This document shows positions 59,121 to 64,000 of a stretch of 64,000 bases of DNA, in pieces. The notes under the pieces were generated by a model, which was not told the DNA's origin, ran no database searches, and saw only the letters and a program-made list of their open reading frames with translations. A program made the translations under genes and the position numbers. Each line of letters starts with the position of its first letter. Within the stretch, counting starts at the first letter, position 1. Source of the DNA: Trueperaceae bacterium (lineage in GTDB: Bacteria > Deinococcota > Deinococci > Deinococcales > Trueperaceae); the NCBI GenBank assembly GCA_965215565.1, contig CBDCDZ010000004.1, positions 3,872,001 through 3,936,000 on the forward strand, given 5' to 3'.

Positions 59121-62100
59121 CTACAGGGTTTTCTCCAGATAGCCCAAGAGCTTGCTCTCGTCCACGGGTTTGCTCAGGTACTCGTTGGCACCGAGCGCAA
59201 AGGCTAAGTCCATGTGCTTAGCACCCGCGCGCGTCGTCATGACGCAGATGGGCGTCTTTTCGTTCTCGTCTCTGCGGCGCAGGGCTTCGATCAGCTCGTA
59301 GCCGTTCATACGCGGCATCTCCAAGTCGGTCAAAATCGCGTCAAAGCGTTCGCCGCGCATGACGATATCAAAGGCGTCCTGACCGTCAACTGCGGTGGTG
59401 ACGTTGTAACCCGCACGCTCCAACATCTTGCCGACGACGCGCCGCACGCTGACCGAGTCGTCCGCCAAGAGAACGCGCTGGACGCTTCTAGGCGTGAAGA
59501 CGGGCATTTGCGCGCGAACTTCGGCGGGCTGGGTAGCCTCTTTGGCTAAGCGGGTGAGTCCGGTGGGCTCGAGCAGCAAAATCACTTCGTTGGTGCTCGA
59601 GACCGTCGCCCCCGAGAGGTAGTAGAGCTTGGCGAGCGTGTCGCCCAAAGGCTTGATGACGACCTCGTCGATTTCGTCGAAGGCGTCTACAGTCAGGGCT
59701 AAACGTTCACCGGCAGCCTCGAGGATGACGAGCGAGACGCTCTGCGTTTGTGCACTCGGCAAGCCCAGTAGCTCGGCGAGGTTGTAAATCGGCACGGTGT
59801 GACCTTCGAACGCCACGCTGCCCTCTTTCGCCCCCTCTTGCGAAATCGTGCGAAGCTCGCGCACTGTGTTGAGCGAGAAGGCGTAGGCTTGAGCGCTCAC
59901 GCGAACCGTCAGAGCCTCCGACACGAGGAGCGTCAAGGGCAGCTTGAGCGAGAAGCGCGTGCCCTGCCCCGGCTTGGTGAAGACCTGAATCTCCCCTTTG
60001 AGCCGCTGAATGTTGGTAGCGACCGCGTCCATCCCGACGCCGCGCCCCGCCTCCGTCGTGACCGATTCGGCAGTCGAGAGACCGGGGATGAACATGAGTT
60101 GCAGCGCCTCTTGGTCGTTTAGGGCGTCTACCTCGTCCTGCGAGCGGAAACCCTTCTCGACGGCTTTGCGGCGCAACCTGTTCGCGTCGATGCCCGCGCC
60201 GTCGTCCTCCACGTCGATGACGATACTGTTTCCTTGCAAGTAGGCGCGTAAGGAGACCGTGCCCTCGGGCTCCTTGCCCTGGCGCTCACGCTCGCTGCGC
60301 GGCTCGACGCCGTGCGCAATGGCGTTTTTGACCAGGTGGAGCATCGGGTCGGTGATCTCTTCTAAAATCGCGTTGTCGATTTCGGCGCTCTCGCCGCTCG
60401 TCTTCATGCGGTAGGTTTTGTCGGCGCTGGACTGGACTAGACGGCTCAGGCGGTTAAAGAGCTGCCCGACGGGAACCATGCGAGCGCGGCTCACCTCGCT
60501 GCGAAGGGCGCGCGAAATCTTCTGCAAGTTTTCGGTCTCGTCCTCGAAGCCCTCGACGATGTTGCTGAGCTGACCCTGAATCTCGTCCAAGTCGTTCGAC
60601 ATCTCGGCAATCGAGCGTGCCAAGATGTTGAGGTCGTTGTAGGTGTCGAACTCCAACTCGTCGAACATCTCTTGAACGGGCGCGTTAGTTCGACTCTGGG
60701 GCATCTTAGGCGCTTGCGCCGCTTGTTTCTGCCCGCTCTGCTGACGCAGCTTCTCAGCGCTCTGCGCGGCTAGGCGCGGGTTTAAGTACTGCTCCTCGAA
60801 GTCGTTAATGGTGCGCGTCATGCGCCCCTGGCTGAGCGCCAAGAGTTGACGGATTTCGCCTAGCTGGTTAAGTTGCAGCCCTAAACGTGAACGCTGCGCG
60901 ACGGTCTCACCCGCTAAGTTCATCAGCGTGTCGAGTTTGTCCAAGCCGACGCGAATCGTGCGCACGCTCTTGGGCGCACTGCGAACTGGCGCGACCTCTT
61001 GAACGACTTGCTGCGTCGCCTGCGCCGCTTGCGGCGTCTCTGCTGTGGGCAGCGCAATACCCAAAAGCGAGGCGAGGCGCGTTTGCAGTTCGGGTAAGCG
61101 CGTTTCTAATTCCGTCTCGTCACCCTCGGCGGCGCTAAGCATCATCGCCATAACCCGCGCGCCGTCCAACAAGGCCTTGTGAATTTCCCTGTCGAAAGGA
61201 AGCTCGGTCTCGCGCACCTCCGCCATGAGGTCTTCCAAGAGGTGCCCCAAGTCGCCTAAGGGCTGCAAGTCAACCGTGTACGACGAGCCCTTGATGGTGT
61301 GCGCGGAGCGGAAGAGTTGCGCCATATGCTCGTCGCTCAGTTCGCCCGCGTCGGGGTCTACCTCGGCGAGCGTATCTTGCATCATATCCAAGTGCTCTTC
61401 GACTTCGGGCTTGAAGTACTCCCAAATCTCGTCGGCATTGGCAGCGTAGAAGGCGCGCAAGGTTGTCGTGAGCGTGGCGACGGGTTCGGCGAGCGCGACC
61501 TCTTCACCCTCAGCTTCGGGCTCAACCTCTTCAACGTCTTGCTGAGGCAGTTCTTCGCCTAAGCGTTCGGCGAGTTTGATGCGGACGCTAAGCAAAGACT
61601 CCTCGAGCCCCACCTCTTGCCCCTCGGCGGTCTGGATCATCTTCTCTAAAGTGTCCGTTCCATCCGAAAGCGCTTGCACAGTGGGCTCATCGAAGGGCTT
61701 GTCCGCTTCGCGCACGCCCATCATGAGGTCTTCGAGTTTGTGTGCCAAATCGCCAAAGGCGTTGAGGCCAACCATATACGCCGCACCCTTAAGGGTGTGC
61801 ATCGCGCGGAATAAAACGGTGATGCTCTCCTCGTCGATCTCTTTGCCGAGCGTGTCGCGCACCAACGCGACGTGCTCTTCGACTTCCAAGGGGAAGAACT
61901 CCCACACGTCCTCGTTTTGCACGCGGAAGCGGCGCAGTTCTTGGGTGAGCGTGACCTTCGCGACCTCTTGGGCTTGGACGCTTTGTTTCTGACCCGCTTT
62001 GCGGATGAAGAGCGCGGGGTGTGCCCGCACGAGTTCCATGAGCAGCTTGCTGCCGCCCAACTCGACCAGCTCGAGCCCCAAGTCGCCCTCTTCTTCGCCG

Positions 62101-62420
62101 CCCGAGATGCGCCCGAGTGCGCCTTGCAAACAGACTGTGACCTGTTCCAAAAAGGCGAGCAGGCGCTCCGAGTCGGCTTCGGCTAACTCGTGACCGTTCT
62201 CCAAAAGCTGCTCGACCATCTCCGCGAGTTTCGAAACCTGCGGGTAGCCGTAGAGTGCAGCGGTTCCCTTGAGGCGGTGGCTGACCACCGCCAAGGACTT
62301 GATCGTGCCCTCCTGCTCGCCCGCTTTAAGCTCCTGGGTGGCGCTCTCAAAGGTTGAAAGCGCGTCCCAGGCGTCGAGCAAGAAGCTCTCCTGCAAATCG
62401 TTAGGTGTATTCATGCTCAT
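59121..62420 (-). CDS. CheA/ChpA-like hybrid kinase (3 Hpt, dimerisation, HATPase, CheW, REC)
   Basis: HRLKG, HTLKG, HTIKG; HLVKNAIAHGVE, DDGAGID, GRGVGMD; C-terminal DDS...TDLEMPRMNG. Confidence 0.93.
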   Translation of the reverse strand: MSMNTPNDLQESFLLDAWDALSTFESATQELKAGEQEGTIKSLAVVSHRLKGTAALYGYPQVSKLAEMVEQLLENGHELAEADSERLLAFLEQVTVCLQGALGRISGGEEEGDLGLELVELGGSKLLMELVRAHPALFIRKAGQKQSVQAQEVAKVTLTQELRRFRVQNEDVWEFFPLEVEEHVALVRDTLGKEIDEESITVLFRAMHTLKGAAYMVGLNAFGDLAHKLEDLMMGVREADKPFDEPTVQALSDGTDTLEKMIQTAEGQEVGLEESLLSVRIKLAERLGEELPQQDVEEVEPEAEGEEVALAEPVATLTTTLRAFYAANADEIWEYFKPEVEEHLDMMQDTLAEVDPDAGELSDEHMAQLFRSAHTIKGSSYTVDLQPLGDLGHLLEDLMAEVRETELPFDREIHKALLDGARVMAMMLSAAEGDETELETRLPELQTRLASLLGIALPTAETPQAAQATQQVVQEVAPVRSAPKSVRTIRVGLDKLDTLMNLAGETVAQRSRLGLQLNQLGEIRQLLALSQGRMTRTINDFEEQYLNPRLAAQSAEKLRQQSGQKQAAQAPKMPQSRTNAPVQEMFDELEFDTYNDLNILARSIAEMSNDLDEIQGQLSNIVEGFEDETENLQKISRALRSEVSRARMVPVGQLFNRLSRLVQSSADKTYRMKTSGESAEIDNAILEEITDPMLHLVKNAIAHGVEPRSERERQGKEPEGTVSLRAYLQGNSIVIDVEDDGAGIDANRLRRKAVEKGFRSQDEVDALNDQEALQLMFIPGLSTAESVTTEAGRGVGMDAVATNIQRLKGEIQVFTKPGQGTRFSLKLPLTLLVSEALTVRVSAQAYAFSLNTVRELRTISQEGAKEGSVAFEGHTVPIYNLAELLGLPSAQTQSVSLVILEAAGERLALTVDAFDEIDEVVIKPLGDTLAKLYYLSGATVSSTNEVILLLEPTGLTRLAKEATQPAEVRAQMPVFTPRSVQRVLLADDSVSVRRVVGKMLERAGYNVTTAVDGQDAFDIVMRGERFDAILTDLEMPRMNGYELIEALRRRDENEKTPICVMTTRAGAKHMDLAFALGANEYLSKPVDESKLLGYLEKTL

Positions 62421-62430
62421 GATATTCCCA

Positions 62431-64000
62431 TCACGAGGTCAAGCGGAAGCGCGAGAGACCCTCGGTGAGTTGCGCGGACAGTTGCTGCAACTTCTCAGCG
62501 GTGTCACGCCCTTGCGTTACGCTACCCTGTGAGGCTTGCGAAATCTCGGTCATGGTCTGAACGATCTCGTTCACGCCCTCCACGCCCTGCACCTGCTCTT
62601 GGGTTGCTTGCGAGATGAAGCGGGCAAGTTCGGCGGACTTCGTGGAGATGTCCGCGATTTCGCGGAGGCGCTGTCCGGCTTCGGTAGCGACTTGATAGCC
62701 CTGTTCCACCTCTTTCGAGCCGCTCTCGGTCAGTTCAGAAACCTCGCGGATTTCGCTCTGAAGTTCGCGGACGATGCCAGCAACCTGACGCGCCGCGTTC
62801 GCGGAGTCCTCCGCCAGCGTCTGCACTTCAGTCGCCACGGTTGCGAAGCGCTTGCCCGCTTCGCCCGCACCCGCCGCCTCCAGCGACGCGGAGAGCGCCA
62901 AGAGGTTCGTCTGCGAGGCGATACGCGAAACCCTGCGGACGATACCGGAAATCTCCTCCGAACGCCTCGTCAAGCTCCGGGTGCGTTCTGAAATCGACTG
63001 CACCTCAGTGCGGATACCCTGCATCCCCTTCAAGGTGTTCTGCACGGCGGCTTCACCCTGACGTGACGCCTCGAGCGCCCGCGTCGAAGCGTTCGCCGAT
63101 TCGTCCGCCTGCTGCGCCATCTTGCGAATCGACGCGGTGACCTGCTCGGTCTCGGCGCGTGCCCGCTCCGCTTCGGCGGCTTGCCGCTCGGCGCTCTGCG
63201 CGATACTTTCAGTTGTCGCGATCATCTCGGACGCGCCCTGGTTCACCGACTGCGCCGCGTCTCTCGTCTGAGTGAGGAGGTACGCGACCTCTTCAACCAT
63301 GAGGTTAATGGCGTCCACGATGTTGCCCAACACGTCTTCGGTGACGTTACCGCGCTTCGTGAAGTCGCCCTCGGCGATGTCCATCGCAATGTCCAAGAAA
63401 GCGCTAACGTTGGTTTGGAGTTGTTCGCTTTGCTGACGCTCGAGTTCGTTTCTCTCTTCCACCTGACGCAGACCAGTAATCGCGGTGTTAAAGGAACCTG
63501 CCAAGAGTCCTAGCTCGTCTTGCACGCTGACGTTGGCAAGCTGTGAAAGGTCGCCCCGTCCGACGCGGTTTGCAACGTTAGCGAGTTCTCTAATAGGTTG
63601 CGTGACTTGCCGCGAGATATAGAGGACGAGCAGTGCGATAAGTGCGAGACCCAAAGCTAGACCGCCGAGCGTAAGAAAGAGGCTGCGCCGCGCCTCGGCG
63701 ACGCGATCATCTAAGCGCTCCACCAGCACGTCGAGTGAGGCGTTATAGGACACGATAAAAGCGTCGATAATCTCGGTCATTTGGTTGAAATACTGAGTTG
63801 AGTCGTAGGTAAGCGCGTCAGGGTTTTCGGCGTTTAGAAGCGCTTCATCGGTGAGTGAAAGCGCGGTTGGACCGAGCAGCAGCGCGTCGTTTAGCGCAAG
63901 CGAACCACTCAGTTCCGGGTCAGCCTCGAAGATATAGCCTGAGGCTAAGTTCACGCTTCTGAGGTAATCGTTGACCTCACCGACCATCGCTGTAAGCGTA
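62431..64000 (-). CDS. Methyl-accepting chemotaxis protein (PilJ-like), 5' end outside the window
   Basis: TM helix, HAMP domains, IASQTNLLALSASLEAAGAGEAGKRFATVATEV. Confidence 0.93.
   Translation of the reverse strand, partial: TLTAMVGEVNDYLRSVNLASGYIFEADPELSGSLALNDALLLGPTALSLTDEALLNAENPDALTYDSTQYFNQMTEIIDAFIVSYNASLDVLVERLDDRVAEARRSLFLTLGGLALGLALIALLVLYISRQVTQPIRELANVANRVGRGDLSQLANVSVQDELGLLAGSFNTAITGLRQVEERNELERQQSEQLQTNVSAFLDIAMDIAEGDFTKRGNVTEDVLGNIVDAINLMVEEVAYLLTQTRDAAQSVNQGASEMIATTESIAQSAERQAAEAERARAETEQVTASIRKMAQQADESANASTRALEASRQGEAAVQNTLKGMQGIRTEVQSISERTRSLTRRSEEISGIVRRVSRIASQTNLLALSASLEAAGAGEAGKRFATVATEVQTLAEDSANAARQVAGIVRELQSEIREVSELTESGSKEVEQGYQVATEAGQRLREIADISTKSAELARFISQATQEQVQGVEGVNEIVQTMTEISQASQGSVTQGRDTAEKLQQLSAQLTEGLSRFRLTS

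Overview
This is a 64-kb GC-rich bacterial chromosomal segment, almost certainly from Deinococcota and most likely Trueperaceae. The evidence is a DdrI/SdrP-type CRP regulator, an Arg32-type EF-P in an efp-accB-accC-asp23-nusB-folD cluster, and many leaderless genes with a TANNNT box 5-9 nt before the start codon. Coding content is mostly housekeeping, envelope and signalling: a peptide ABC binding protein, M20/M3/S41 peptidases, secA, pyrF, a SAM-I-riboswitch metY-metY-metX operon, HD-GYP and 7TM-PAS-GGDEF-EAL proteins, dGTPase, a TetR-controlled operon, SufE, a BamA/Omp85 protein and the distal part of a Chp/Pil-like chemosensory operon. tRNA-Leu(TAG) and tRNA-His(GTG) are also present. I saw no transposase, prophage, CRISPR array or recognisable defence system. 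The most unusual signal is non-coding. Intergenic DNA carries several families of mostly TA-terminated miniature inverted-repeat elements; one family has 11 copies with a covarying stem and nested mini-insertions. There is also a hairpin array in the tRNA-His/tRNA-Leu spacer, a long-range stem that can sequester the secA ribosome-binding site, and a leaderless 36-codon ORF coupled to pyrF. Two genes appear broken (an in-frame amber codon and a +1 frameshift). All family and domain calls are from motif recognition by eye, not from database searches.
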